From the NCBI GenBank assembly GCA_050253075.1, contig JBFWJS010000009.1, positions 1-51,535 of the forward strand: 51,535 bases of DNA, given 5' to 3'. A program made the translations under genes and the position numbers. This document shows, in pieces, positions 18,785 to 29,173 of the stretch. The stretch is from Deferribacterales bacterium. Its GTDB lineage: Bacteria > Chrysiogenota > Deferribacteres > Deferribacterales > Geovibrionaceae. Each line of letters starts with the position of its first letter. Positions within the stretch are counted from its first letter, which is position 1. The notes beneath the pieces are model-generated. The model was not told where the DNA came from. It did no database searches and saw only the letters and a list, made by a program, of their open reading frames with translations.

Positions 18785-20482
18785 CTATGCGCCCACACGG
18801 GGGATGGTGATGAGCACTTCCACGCCGTTATCCGTGTTTGCTATGCCTATGGAGCCGTTAAAGCCTTTCTCGATATTACGTTTAGCGAGGTAAAGCCCGA
18901 TGCCTGTCCCCTTCCCTTCATCTTTTGTGGTGAAGTAAGGTTCAAAGATGTGCTCAAGGGTTGTGCGGGAGATAGGCTTGCCTGTATTCGATACCTTAAG
19001 CTGAAAATCATCCGCCTCGACATCTACTTCAATGACGATAGCCTTTTCGGCTATTCCTGATTCGAGTATTGCGTCTTTTGCGTTTATGATAACGCTGTAA
19101 ATAACTTGGATATAGTCATCTCTATACCCGTGGATAATATCGTTACCTTTGTCGCAGTAATCCTGAATATTCTCCAGATCACTTATATGACAAGTCTTCG
19201 GACATCTGCACACAAGGCTGAGCTTTATACCGTGCGCCTCGAGCAGAGCTTTGATGTTTCTCACAACCTCTTTCAGCTCATAAACCAGCTTAAAATCGGT
19301 CTTTTCGGCACTTCTCTTATCTGTGAAAACGTCTATGGTGTCTGAAAGTGTATTTATCTTTACGAATACTTCACGAAATATCTTTTCATATTCTTCATTA
19401 TTAAGATCGCCCGATTTGTGCATCTCGCTGATGAGCTGAAATGCGAGTCCGATCTCGTTCAGAGGCTGTCTCCATCTGTGTGCGATGGAGCTGAGTATCT
19501 CTTTCTTTGAGTCTTCTCTGGACTGCTGTATGATGATGCCGTGCTGCACCTTCAGCTTTCCGAAAAGAGCTATAGGCATGCGGGACATAAGGTATGAAAA
19601 CAGCACAGAGAGCAGAATAGTCAGCGGTGCAAGAAGCAGGACATTACGCCCTACAGACGGGGAAAATATCGCAAAAGGCTTCAACTCTATCCCGACAGTA
19701 TTCCCGTCGCCCAGCAAAACACTGCAGAAAAGAGTATCAATAGGGAAAACCTTCTCCGGCTGAAAAACATTGTCCCAGTTCTCATATACGCCGTTATTGG
19801 TATAGATAAGATTATTATTATTATTAAGCAGATAGATAAAAAAAGAGCTTTCATTCTTTATCTCTTCCATGGCGCCCTGCATGAAATAGTTTATCACTAC
19901 TGCGCCTTGTATCTCTCCGTTGATATAAACAGGAGCCCCCATCCTCAACATAGGCTTGTGAGGAATCTCTATCTCGCCATGTTCGATATTCAGATCAAGC
20001 TGAGACATATATATGCCGCCTTGCGGAGCCGCAATCGTCTCTGTGAAGTAATACCTGTGGAGCTTATCCTGAAGCTCGCCGTCAGCAACAACGAAAGGCT
20101 CGCTGCCGATATTCTGCCTGTCCAGACGTACCAGTTCCTTACCGTGCAGGCTGAGCAGGCGTATCTGGGCTATTGTGCTGTTTTGCCCCGCCAGCGCAAC
20201 AAACATACTTTTAACACAGTCTTTTTCTATCTCTGAAGGATTCGTGAAGAAAGCGCGGATGATATCATTATCCCCAAGCGATCGCATCAGCCCCTTTCTG
20301 TCTGAGATGATGTTATTTATGCGCACTTCCAGAGTTTCAATGTATCTGTCAGCCTTTGCTTCCAAAGAAGACATCATAATGTCCCGCTCAGTGAAATAAA
20401 CGAGAGCTATCACTAAAGCCCCGTAAAGAAGACCAATTGCGATAAATGTGAATGTAAGATTTCTGAAATAATGCTGAATCAT
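18785..20482 (-). CDS. Sensor histidine kinase with periplasmic Cache-like domain
   Basis: Two TM segments, H-box IAHRWRQPLN, N-box, FEPYFTTK..GTGIGL; start uncertain (ORF extends to 20566). Confidence 0.9.
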   Translation of the reverse strand: MIQHYFRNLTFTFIAIGLLYGALVIALVYFTERDIMMSSLEAKADRYIETLEVRINNIISDRKGLMRSLGDNDIIRAFFTNPSEIEKDCVKSMFVALAGQNSTIAQIRLLSLHGKELVRLDRQNIGSEPFVVADGELQDKLHRYYFTETIAAPQGGIYMSQLDLNIEHGEIEIPHKPMLRMGAPVYINGEIQGAVVINYFMQGAMEEIKNESSFFIYLLNNNNNLIYTNNGVYENWDNVFQPEKVFPIDTLFCSVLLGDGNTVGIELKPFAIFSPSVGRNVLLLAPLTILLSVLFSYLMSRMPIALFGKLKVQHGIIIQQSREDSKKEILSSIAHRWRQPLNEIGLAFQLISEMHKSGDLNNEEYEKIFREVFVKINTLSDTIDVFTDKRSAEKTDFKLVYELKEVVRNIKALLEAHGIKLSLVCRCPKTCHISDLENIQDYCDKGNDIIHGYRDDYIQVIYSVIINAKDAILESGIAEKAIVIEVDVEADDFQLKVSNTGKPISRTTLEHIFEPYFTTKDEGKGTGIGLYLAKRNIEKGFNGSIGIANTDNGVEVLITIPRVGA

Positions 20483-20735
20483 CAGTCGAGCTTTTTCCAA
20501 AATCGACTCCGTACTTTTTATATATAATACATAATAGCATGAATTTAATCTTATCACATAGTACACTGGATAAATAAATAGTAAACAACCAGTTCTAGTC
20601 GTTACCGCAGTCTGAAAATAAAGCCGTTATTATTTATAAGTATTAACAATATATTTAATAAATATTACTTTCGTTTATCCGCTGTTGATGGTAGATTGGG
20701 CATTATACAATCAATTTATTATTCGGTACTACATT

Positions 20736-21224
20736 ATGAAATTAAAAATATGTGTATTATTAATTGCGGCTTACATGGCAGTGCTCCCTTTCACATCTGA
20801 TGCCAGAGAGAAAATGTCCCGTATCAGCCTCCACGGGGGCAACATCCCGAACGGGCAGACATACGTCACGGCGGAAACTCTCAGCGAACTGAAACAGACA
20901 GAATACCCCGCTGAGAATCCTTTTGATCACAAGACATATACATACACAGGCATACTGCTCAGAGACCTCGCAGAACATTACGCAGGTAAAGAGTGCAAAG
21001 CCATAACCTTCACAGCACAGGACAGCTACAGCGTCACCTTCGTAAAGGAAGAATGGACAAAGTGGGACATCATGCTGGCTCTGAAAACAAACGGGAACTA
21101 CATGACACTCATAGAGTCAGGCCCGGCAAAGATCGTCATGCCCTATTCCAAATCCAAGATGATGAACGAAACCATATACACCCCTAAGTGGATATGGCTT
21201 ATAAAGAAAATCGAGTTTAAGTGA
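20736..21224 (+). CDS. Periplasmic molybdopterin-oxidoreductase-like domain protein
   Basis: Signal peptide; YTGILLRDL, A.DSY, NG......GP..IV.P, W.....KIE motifs. Confidence 0.65.
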   Translation: MKLKICVLLIAAYMAVLPFTSDAREKMSRISLHGGNIPNGQTYVTAETLSELKQTEYPAENPFDHKTYTYTGILLRDLAEHYAGKECKAITFTAQDSYSVTFVKEEWTKWDIMLALKTNGNYMTLIESGPAKIVMPYSKSKMMNETIYTPKWIWLIKKIEFK

Positions 21225-22723
21225 CGGCTATGTTATCAAAGATCAAGCTATACTACATACCCATTTCTGCGTTTGTTATATTCTCCGCATTTCTGGTGTA
21301 TGCATATGTGACAATTGATAAATTCCTTTACGAAAACATACAGCACCAGCGAGGCAACAGACATATCATAAAGATCAACCTGCTGGTAAACAAAGGTATA
21401 TCCGAGGCATTCTATGCTATGGATTCAGGCAGCGCAGACGACTTCATAAACGCTGCAGAGATGGTCGAAAGCGCCATAGGCTATATGAGCACAATACCGG
21501 AGCAGAATGTCGGTATCCCGCCTGAGGTCAGTTCCAGCATGATGACACTCATAAAAATGCTGGATGACATCTACGATACATATATCGAAAACGGGAGCAC
21601 ACCGCCTGTCTCAGAGCGTCAGAGCCTTATGAAGCTCAGCAGTGGTATATTCACAGGGCTGGCTTCTGCCGATATGTACTTTTATGATGTTATCAGCGCA
21701 GACTCACTCGTGATGAAAAAGCACGTGATACTCTCACTGCTGACAATATTCTCCCTGACATTCATAATAATGCTGATGTCCATACGCCTGCGTACAAACC
21801 TTAATAAACGTATAATGCTGACCGAAGAGCTGCAGGATGCTAAGAAAAACCTCGAGGAAAGGGTCGAAAGGCGAACACAGGAACTCAGCAGGATGAACCT
21901 GACCCTGACGGAGAAAGTCGAGGAAGAGATCCGCACAAGGCGTTTCCACGAGCAGGTCATAAACGAGCAGAAAAAACTGGCAGACATGGGGCAGATGATA
22001 AACGCCATCGCACACCAGTGGAGACAGCCGCTGAACGTGCTAGGGCTTCTCGGGCAGGAGCTTGTAGACCTTGTAGAGGAAGGACACGTAGACGATAAAT
22101 TCATCGAAACATTCAAGAATACCCATTACAACATGGTGACGTTCCTCTCCACCACCATAGACGACTTCAGAGACTTTTATAAACCTGATAAGAACAAAGA
22201 GAACTTCAACATCTACTTCGAAATAAAGAACATTTTAAAGCTGATAGACATACAGTTCGCCAGCAGTAAGATACGCATAGAGACCGAATGCTCCTGTGCA
22301 AATAAACAGTGTAATATCAAAGACATGTCCATAAATAACGTCTGCCTGAACAAAAACACTATGGTAGACGGATACCCGGGCGAATTCAAGCAGGTGCTGA
22401 TAAACATCTTCTACAACGCCAAAGACGCCATATCCGACTCTCTGCAAAAGGGAGATATCTCATTCGGACAGATAAAAGTGCGTGTAACATTTGAAAAAGA
22501 GAAAGCAACAGTCACGATATCCAACAACGGCGAGCCTATCTCCGAGGATGTCAGACCGCATATATTCGAACCCTACTACACCACAAAGGGCGAAGGCAAA
22601 GGCACAGGGCTTGGTCTTTACATGTCTAAGACGGTTATCGAAACACATATGAACGGTAATCTGTATCTGGATGATAACGAAGGGAAGACAGCTTTCGTTA
22701 TAGAGCTGCCCGTCACTGCCTGA
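21221..22723 (+). CDS. Sensor histidine kinase
   Basis: Two TM segments, LEERVERRTQEL, IAHQWRQPLN, FEPYYTTKGEGKGTGLGL. Confidence 0.92.
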   Translation: MTAMLSKIKLYYIPISAFVIFSAFLVYAYVTIDKFLYENIQHQRGNRHIIKINLLVNKGISEAFYAMDSGSADDFINAAEMVESAIGYMSTIPEQNVGIPPEVSSSMMTLIKMLDDIYDTYIENGSTPPVSERQSLMKLSSGIFTGLASADMYFYDVISADSLVMKKHVILSLLTIFSLTFIIMLMSIRLRTNLNKRIMLTEELQDAKKNLEERVERRTQELSRMNLTLTEKVEEEIRTRRFHEQVINEQKKLADMGQMINAIAHQWRQPLNVLGLLGQELVDLVEEGHVDDKFIETFKNTHYNMVTFLSTTIDDFRDFYKPDKNKENFNIYFEIKNILKLIDIQFASSKIRIETECSCANKQCNIKDMSINNVCLNKNTMVDGYPGEFKQVLINIFYNAKDAISDSLQKGDISFGQIKVRVTFEKEKATVTISNNGEPISEDVRPHIFEPYYTTKGEGKGTGLGLYMSKTVIETHMNGNLYLDDNEGKTAFVIELPVTA

Positions 22724-23795
22724 GAGTAGCCGTACTCCTGCGGGAAAGAGCCATTGTTTTCAGTATGATGTATATCCCCATTCCGTTCACGATGGAAAGG
22801 TCGCTGACTGATTCTTTTGTGATGGTGGCGTATATCGTAACGCCTATATCGATCTTTATGCTGACCGCACCGTCTTCCGTCTCGGCCATTTTCTGAACCA
22901 CGCCTTTCATTATGTTTCTGGCACTGAGCCCTTCGGGTTTTCTAACGCTGAGGGTCACATCTTCTGAACGAACTGTCACACGCAGCTTTGTACCCGCTTT
23001 ATACTGAGATGTCGGTATCATCAGCTTCTGCCCGTCCAGCCTTATGATGCCCGATGCTTCGGATGTGTCCACTGCCACGGCTTTTAAAACGGAAACCCTG
23101 CCTGTCAGACCGAGGATAGACATGTTATCCGGTTTGGAAACCACATCTTCAACGCTCCCCGAGTCTACGCAGTTGCCGTCTTTCATCAGCACTACATTAT
23201 CTCCGAGAGCCAGAAGCTCGTCCAGACTGTGTGTCACATAGACCACCGGCATGCGGAACTTCTCCACCATGCGCCCGATGAAAGGTATCAGCTCATTCTT
23301 TCTGGCTGAATCAAGTGCCGAAAGAGGCTCGTCCATCAGCATGAAATCAGGAGATGAAAGGAGCGCCCTGCCTATGGCTACACGCTGTTTCTCACCGCCC
23401 GAGAGCTTATGCGGACGTCTGCTCAAAAGATCCTGAATACCTAGCAGTTCTGTTATCCGCTCAAACTGCTCATTGGATGATTCGCTCTTTTTGATACCAT
23501 AGCGCAGGTTAGACTCCACCGTCATATGGGGGAAGAGCCTGCCGTCCTGAAAGATGTATCCTGCGTTTCGCTTCGGTGTCTGTATATTTACATTCTGATA
23601 GCTGTCGAAAAGGAGCCTGTCGCCCACGGCAATTCGCCCGGCATCAGGGTTCTGCAGACCCGCTATCATATTTATTATACTAGTCTTTCCGGAGCCTGAT
23701 TTACCAAAAAGTGTGGTCACCATGCCGCTGTCGCACATGAACGAAGCGTCCAGAGTAAACCCTGGGTGCTTCTTTAGAGCTCTGAATTCAAGCAT
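22713..23795 (-). CDS. modC: Molybdate ABC transporter ATPase
   Basis: GKSGSGKT, LSGGEKQRVAIGRALL, TOBE domain; start at 23795 or 23801. Confidence 0.93.
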   Translation of the reverse strand: MLEFRALKKHPGFTLDASFMCDSGMVTTLFGKSGSGKTSIINMIAGLQNPDAGRIAVGDRLLFDSYQNVNIQTPKRNAGYIFQDGRLFPHMTVESNLRYGIKKSESSNEQFERITELLGIQDLLSRRPHKLSGGEKQRVAIGRALLSSPDFMLMDEPLSALDSARKNELIPFIGRMVEKFRMPVVYVTHSLDELLALGDNVVLMKDGNCVDSGSVEDVVSKPDNMSILGLTGRVSVLKAVAVDTSEASGIIRLDGQKLMIPTSQYKAGTKLRVTVRSEDVTLSVRKPEGLSARNIMKGVVQKMAETEDGAVSIKIDIGVTIYATITKESVSDLSIVNGMGIYIILKTMALSRRSTATLRQ

Positions 23796-24489
23796 GCTCA
23801 CCTCTCAGCCTTCTGGCGGCTCTTCTGCTGAAATACTCTGACGCTGCGATAGCGACAAGGGCCAGCAGTATGGATATTATACAAAGGCGCATGGCGGGAT
23901 ACTCTGTGCCGGGTGTCTGTGTGAGGTTAAACAGTGCAAGGGGGAGAGTGCTCGTCTCTCCGGGAATGTTTGATACAAATGTAATGGTAGCACCGAATTC
24001 ACCCAGACTGCGTGCAAATGCGAGCACAGTGCCTGTTATAACGCCCGGTATAGAAAGCGGAAGAGTAATAGTGAGGAAAACTCTGATGCGCCCTGCTCCT
24101 AGTGTTCTGGATGCTTCCTCCAGACCTCTGTCCACCAGCTCGATAGAAAGGCGGACACTGCGCACCAAAAGCGGAAAAGACATAACGGCGGATGCGAGCA
24201 CAGCGCCTCTCCAGGAGAATGCTATGCCCCCGCCGAATATACTTGTAAGGAGTTTCCCCCCGGGGCCGTTATCATTGAAAAATATCAGTAAGATATAGCC
24301 TGTGACAACCGGAGGGATAACGAGCGGAACATGTACCAGTCCGTCCAGAAGCAACTTCCCGGGGAAACTTTTCCTGGCAAGAAGATATGCGATCCCTATA
24401 CCCGGGATAAGCCCTGATAAAACAGCCCAGAGAGATATTTTAAGGCTTAGATAAATTGCTTCAAGTTCGTAACCGGTTAATCCAAACAT
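23788..24489 (-). CDS. modB: Molybdate ABC transporter permease
   Basis: PLVIPPVVTG, EEASRTLGA, FARSLGEFGAT. Confidence 0.95.
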   Translation of the reverse strand: MFGLTGYELEAIYLSLKISLWAVLSGLIPGIGIAYLLARKSFPGKLLLDGLVHVPLVIPPVVTGYILLIFFNDNGPGGKLLTSIFGGGIAFSWRGAVLASAVMSFPLLVRSVRLSIELVDRGLEEASRTLGAGRIRVFLTITLPLSIPGVITGTVLAFARSLGEFGATITFVSNIPGETSTLPLALFNLTQTPGTEYPAMRLCIISILLALVAIAASEYFSRRAARRLRGEHA

Positions 24490-25242
24490 TTATTTTACTG
24501 CTTTAAATCCATATTTTTCAAAGATTTTAGCAGATTTTTCTGTTTTAAGGTAGTCGTAAAACTTCATTACGCTTTCAGAGCCTTTGCCTTTTACAACAGC
24601 GATAGGGTATCTGATAGCACCGTGGAGCTCTTCGTCGAAGAGACCTATGACCTTCACAAGGCTTGATCTGGCAGCATCGCTGGAATAAACCATGCCGAGA
24701 GGCACGGCATTGCGCTCTACAGTAGCGAGGGCAACACGCACATTCTGCATTCTGGCGAGTTTTTTATCCATTTTATCCCAGATGCCGAGTGCCTCCATTG
24801 TTTTCTGTGCATACATACCCGCAGGTACGTGCGCAGGGTCGCCTATTGCTATTCGTCCAGTTTCCGTCAGGAGCATTTTAGCTGTTTCATTATCCAGTGA
24901 AGTAGGCTCAATAGGTGATTTAACAGGTGCGATGAGCGCCAGCCTGTTCGCAAGCAGAGGTGCTACAGTATCTGTTTCGACTTTCCCCTTCTCTTCCAGC
25001 CATTTCATCCATTTAGCGTTTGCAGAGATGAATATTTCAGCAGGTGCACTGTTGTCTATCTGTTTCGCCAGTGTACCTGAAGAGGCGTAAGATCCTGTAA
25101 CGTCTATGCCTGTCTCGGCCTTGAATCCGGCGATAATCTCATTCACAGCGTCTGTTGTGGAAGCGGCTGCGAATATAGTCAGCTTTTCTGCGTGGGCTGC
25201 GGCAAATGTGAGCATGCACACGAGTAATAATAATATTCTCAT
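24490..25242 (-). CDS. modA: Molybdate-binding periplasmic protein
   Basis: FAAAS, ASSGTLAKQI, ISAN, DPAHVPAGMYA, VYSSDA. Confidence 0.95.
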   Translation of the reverse strand: MRILLLLVCMLTFAAAHAEKLTIFAAASTTDAVNEIIAGFKAETGIDVTGSYASSGTLAKQIDNSAPAEIFISANAKWMKWLEEKGKVETDTVAPLLANRLALIAPVKSPIEPTSLDNETAKMLLTETGRIAIGDPAHVPAGMYAQKTMEALGIWDKMDKKLARMQNVRVALATVERNAVPLGMVYSSDAARSSLVKVIGLFDEELHGAIRYPIAVVKGKGSESVMKFYDYLKTEKSAKIFEKYGFKAVK

Positions 25243-25257
25243 AAGGTCCTCCGTATT

Positions 25258-25324
25258 CGTTATAAAAGAATATATATAACGTGTTCAGAGCCATGTCAAG
25301 CGTTATGTATTTAAAGTAATAACG
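25258..25324. promoter_or_regulatory. Two ModE-box palindromes
   Basis: CGTTAT-N12-ATAACG at 25258-25281 and 25301-25324, upstream of modA. Confidence 0.75.
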
Positions 25325-25335
25325 TAAGCCAAAAT

Positions 25336-25355
25336 AAAAGCCGTCCGAAGACGGC
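25336..25355 (-). terminator. Intrinsic terminator after the acyl-CoA ligase gene
   Basis: GCCGTC-CGAA-GACGGC hairpin with a T tract on the minus strand. Confidence 0.65.
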
Positions 25356-25362
25356 CTTATTA

Positions 25363-27003
25363 TTATAAATATTTTTGTCTTAATATCTTTTTATCTATCT
25401 TACCAACGCTGGTCTTGTCTATCGATTCGACAAATTTGACCTTAACCAGCATGCTTTCCCTGCTCATGATGCCTTTACGTATATATTCCTTCGCATGGGA
25501 GACCAGCTCTTTTTCGGTGGCTTCTTTCCCTTCCCTCAGCACTGTCAGGGCTATAGGTCTCTCGCCCCACCTGTCATCCGGAGCACCGATAACGGCGACT
25601 TCCGCCACGGCAGGATGCTGGGCGATGATATCCTCCAGCTCAAGTGACGATACCCACTCTCCGCCTATTTTGATAACGTCTTTCGCCCTGTCGGTTATCT
25701 TCAGATATCCGTCGGGTGTCATAACGGCGACGTCGCCTGTGTGCAGGTATCCGCCCTTCCAGAGCAGTTCGGAGCTCTTCGCATCTTTGAAATACCCCTG
25801 TGTCAGCCACGGCGAACGGACAACAACCTCGCCCGCAGTTTCTCCGTCGTGTGGGAGGAAGTTCATATTGTCGTCGACTATCTGTATATCCACCATAGGC
25901 AATGGTCTGCCCGTATATGTGCGTATCTCTGCCTGTTCCTCGTCGGACAGCTCCATCATCTCTTCTGTCATGTGTGCGAGGCTGAGTACTGGGCATGTCT
26001 CGCTGAGTCCGTATCCGCCGAAGATGTCTGCACCTCTTTTCATATAAGCGAGGCAAAGAGATTTCGGCAGTGCCGCTCCGCCTATGACGACCTTCCAGCC
26101 GCTGAGGTCTACGCTGTCTATCATAGACGAGCCGAGGAGCATATGCAGTATGGTAGGTACGCAGTGGGAGAATGTCACCTTCTCCTCGTCTATCAGCTTC
26201 AGCAGGACATCGGGGATGTATTTACCCGGGTAAACCTGCTTCACCCCTGTGTATGTGGCGATGTATGGGAAGCCCCACGCATGAACATGAAACATAGGCG
26301 TGATAGGCATGTATACGTCCGACTGGGAGAATCTGCCGTGGGTGCTGATAGTACCCAGAGCGATGGACACAGCCATTGTATGCATCACAAGCTGTCTGTG
26401 GCTGAAATATACACCCTTTGGCATGCCTGTGGTTCCTGTTGTATAGAATGTCGTCGCCCTTGTATCTTCGTCAAATTCGGGAAAGTCGTATGTGTCAGGC
26501 TGAACAGCGAGCATGGCTTCGTATTCGCCTGAGAAATGTATGGACGAGGCGGGCATATCACCGCTCTTTTCCATCAGCATGCAGAAATGCTTAACAGTGC
26601 CCATACGTCCTTTAATTGTCTCCACCAGCGGGAGGAAATCCTCATGGACAAAAAGTACATCGTCCTCTGCGTGGTCTATAGTATATACTATCTGCTCGGG
26701 CGAGAGCCTGATGTTAACCGTGTGGAGCACAGCGCCTATCATAGGCACCGCAAAGTAAAGCTCGAGGTATCTGGTGCTGTCATAGTCCATAACGGCGACA
26801 GTATCGCCCATTTTAACCCCTAGCTCTGTCAGAGCATTCGCCAGCTTACACACCCTTTTATAAAGGTCCTGATAGCCGTATCTCATCTCGCCTTTGTATG
26901 TTATTTCGTTTTTGCTGTTTCTTATGATAGGCGTTTCGATGATGCTCTTTATCAGCAGAGAGCCGTAATGAGCAGAAGGGGTTCTTTGAATAAGTTTGTC
27001 CAT
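25363..27003 (-). CDS. Fatty-acid/acyl-CoA ligase (AMP-binding family)
   Basis: YTTGTTGMPKGV, GYGLSET, LHTGD, DRAKDVIKIGGEW, TSVGKIDK. Confidence 0.93.
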   Translation of the reverse strand: MDKLIQRTPSAHYGSLLIKSIIETPIIRNSKNEITYKGEMRYGYQDLYKRVCKLANALTELGVKMGDTVAVMDYDSTRYLELYFAVPMIGAVLHTVNIRLSPEQIVYTIDHAEDDVLFVHEDFLPLVETIKGRMGTVKHFCMLMEKSGDMPASSIHFSGEYEAMLAVQPDTYDFPEFDEDTRATTFYTTGTTGMPKGVYFSHRQLVMHTMAVSIALGTISTHGRFSQSDVYMPITPMFHVHAWGFPYIATYTGVKQVYPGKYIPDVLLKLIDEEKVTFSHCVPTILHMLLGSSMIDSVDLSGWKVVIGGAALPKSLCLAYMKRGADIFGGYGLSETCPVLSLAHMTEEMMELSDEEQAEIRTYTGRPLPMVDIQIVDDNMNFLPHDGETAGEVVVRSPWLTQGYFKDAKSSELLWKGGYLHTGDVAVMTPDGYLKITDRAKDVIKIGGEWVSSLELEDIIAQHPAVAEVAVIGAPDDRWGERPIALTVLREGKEATEKELVSHAKEYIRKGIMSRESMLVKVKFVESIDKTSVGKIDKKILRQKYL

Positions 27004-27141
27004 CCATGTCTCCTGAATAAAATCATAGTAAGAATGTAAATGCTGTAAGCCGCATAATCAATCAAAACTTTCATCGGCAAAATATATCTATATTGTTACC
27101 TAAGCGTAAATATCATATAATATAATTTTACGGAGAATATA

Positions 27142-27597
27142 ATGAAAAAATATATATTATCGTTTCTGCTTATTGCCGTTCTGGCTGTCTCAGCCGGAGC
27201 AGAGGTTATAAAACACATGAGGCAGACGGTCTATGTGCCTGCATATTCACACATTTATGTCGGGCCGAAGACCTCTCCTTTCGAGCTCGCCGTCACTCTC
27301 AGCATCAGGAACACAAACGCAACTGAGCCGATAACAGTGACAGTGGCAGACTATTATGATTCCGACGGGCAGCTCATGAAGAAATACGTCGACACACCCG
27401 TCAAAATTAAGCCTTTCGGCACTATCAGCTATAAGGTAGGCGAATATGACAAAACAGGCGGTTCGGGTGCCAACTTCGTAGTCAAGTGGTACGCTGAAAA
27501 ACCTGTCCACGCACCTGTGGTCGAATCTGTGATGATAGGCACTCGTTCCTCTCAGGGGATATCCTTCACATCCAGAGGGGTAGTAATAGAGGATTAA
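27142..27597 (+). CDS. DUF3124 domain protein
   Basis: VYVPAYSHIY, TLSIRNT, DYYD..G, GGSGANFVV.W. Confidence 0.85.
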   Translation: MKKYILSFLLIAVLAVSAGAEVIKHMRQTVYVPAYSHIYVGPKTSPFELAVTLSIRNTNATEPITVTVADYYDSDGQLMKKYVDTPVKIKPFGTISYKVGEYDKTGGSGANFVVKWYAEKPVHAPVVESVMIGTRSSQGISFTSRGVVIED

Positions 27598-27720
27598 TAC
27601 TGTCTTATTGACTTTACATTAAACAGAAATTAATATGTTGGTGCAGTGTAAGTTCTTGGGGTGAAACTGCATTGTGAACCGTTATGATTTGTTCTTTTAC
27701 AGATTACTCGGAGGTGTACT

Positions 27721-29172
27721 GTGCCATACGGATGGTGTGAATACGATCCAGGCTGTTTCTATGACGAGCTCTTCTCTGCGAAGGGTACTCCAAGAAAACC
27801 TAGCCAGAAACTTTTTAACTACTTAAAAACTCTAGATTCTGAAGATATCTATAATCGAAAATGTACGGCGGAATCCGCTATCATCGAGCAGGGGATCACC
27901 TTCACCATCTATAGTGACGGCAAAAATATTGACCGTGCGTGGCCATTCGACATTATCCCCAGAATAATATCGGGAAAAGACTGGGCAGAAGCCGAAGAGG
28001 GGCTGAAACAGCGTCTTAAGGTTCTGAACATGTTCATAGACGACCTTTACAACGGTCAGAATATCCTGAATGACGGCATAGTGCCGAAAGATGTGATAAT
28101 GACATCCCGTAATTTCCGCAGGGAATGCATGAGCATATCACCCGCACACGGCGCATGGGCAAACATCTGCGGAAGCGACATAGTGCGAGATTCCGACGGA
28201 ACACTCTATGTGCTGGAGGACAACCTCCGTGTACCTTCAGGCGTTTCATACATGCTGGAAAACAGGAAGATCACCAAAAAGGTCTTCCCCGAGCTTTTCA
28301 AAGATATAAACATCATCCCCGTGGACAATTATCCCGCTATGCTCTTCGACATGCTGACATCCATAGCACCGAAGGAAGCGGGGGAAGAGCCTGAAATAGT
28401 GCTCCTCACACCGGGGATATTCAACTCCGCATACTTCGAACACTCCTACCTCGCCCAGCAGATGGGGATAGAGCTTGTCGAAGGGAGCGACCTCTACGTA
28501 GACAGTGAAAATTATGTATATATGAAGACCATCAAAGGTCTCACAAAAGTAGACGTGATATACCGCAGGATAGACGACGACTTCATCGACCCTGAAGTTT
28601 TCCGCAAAGACTCAATGCTCGGAGTGCCCGGGCTGATGCGTGCGTGGAAAGACGGCAAAGTAGCCATAGCCAACGCACCGGGGACAGGCGTCGCAGATGA
28701 CAAGGTCGTTTATGCATACGTGCCCGACATGATAAGATACTACCTGAACGAAGAGCCGAAGATACCGAACGTGCCAACATACCTCTGCCGTGAGGCGGAG
28801 CAGATGGAATACGTTCTGGAGCATCTGGCGGAGCTGGTTGTCAAACCTGCGAATGAGTCAGGCGGGTACGGCATGCTTGTCGGCCCACATGCAGAGCAGG
28901 AAGACATCGAGAAATTCGCCGAGCTGATAAAGGAAAATCCAAGAAACTATATTGCACAGCCCACCCTCTCCCTCTCTGTGACGCCTACGCTGACACAGAA
29001 CGGATTCAAAGGGAGACATGTTGACCTCCGCCCGTTCATACTTCAGGGGGAGGACACATTCGTCACCACAGGCGGACTTACAAGGGTCGCTCTCGTGGAG
29101 GGCTCTCTCGTGGTGAATTCATCACAGGGGGGCGGCAGTAAAGACACCTGGATAGTGGACGAGGAGGACTGA
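27721..29172 (+). CDS. Circularly permuted type 2 ATP-grasp protein
   Basis: VLEDNLRVPSGVSY, NSAYFEH, VDVIYRRIDD, GGLTRVAL, NSSQGGGSKDTW. Confidence 0.93.
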   Translation: MPYGWCEYDPGCFYDELFSAKGTPRKPSQKLFNYLKTLDSEDIYNRKCTAESAIIEQGITFTIYSDGKNIDRAWPFDIIPRIISGKDWAEAEEGLKQRLKVLNMFIDDLYNGQNILNDGIVPKDVIMTSRNFRRECMSISPAHGAWANICGSDIVRDSDGTLYVLEDNLRVPSGVSYMLENRKITKKVFPELFKDINIIPVDNYPAMLFDMLTSIAPKEAGEEPEIVLLTPGIFNSAYFEHSYLAQQMGIELVEGSDLYVDSENYVYMKTIKGLTKVDVIYRRIDDDFIDPEVFRKDSMLGVPGLMRAWKDGKVAIANAPGTGVADDKVVYAYVPDMIRYYLNEEPKIPNVPTYLCREAEQMEYVLEHLAELVVKPANESGGYGMLVGPHAEQEDIEKFAELIKENPRNYIAQPTLSLSVTPTLTQNGFKGRHVDLRPFILQGEDTFVTTGGLTRVALVEGSLVVNSSQGGGSKDTWIVDEED

Positions 29173-29173
29173 T

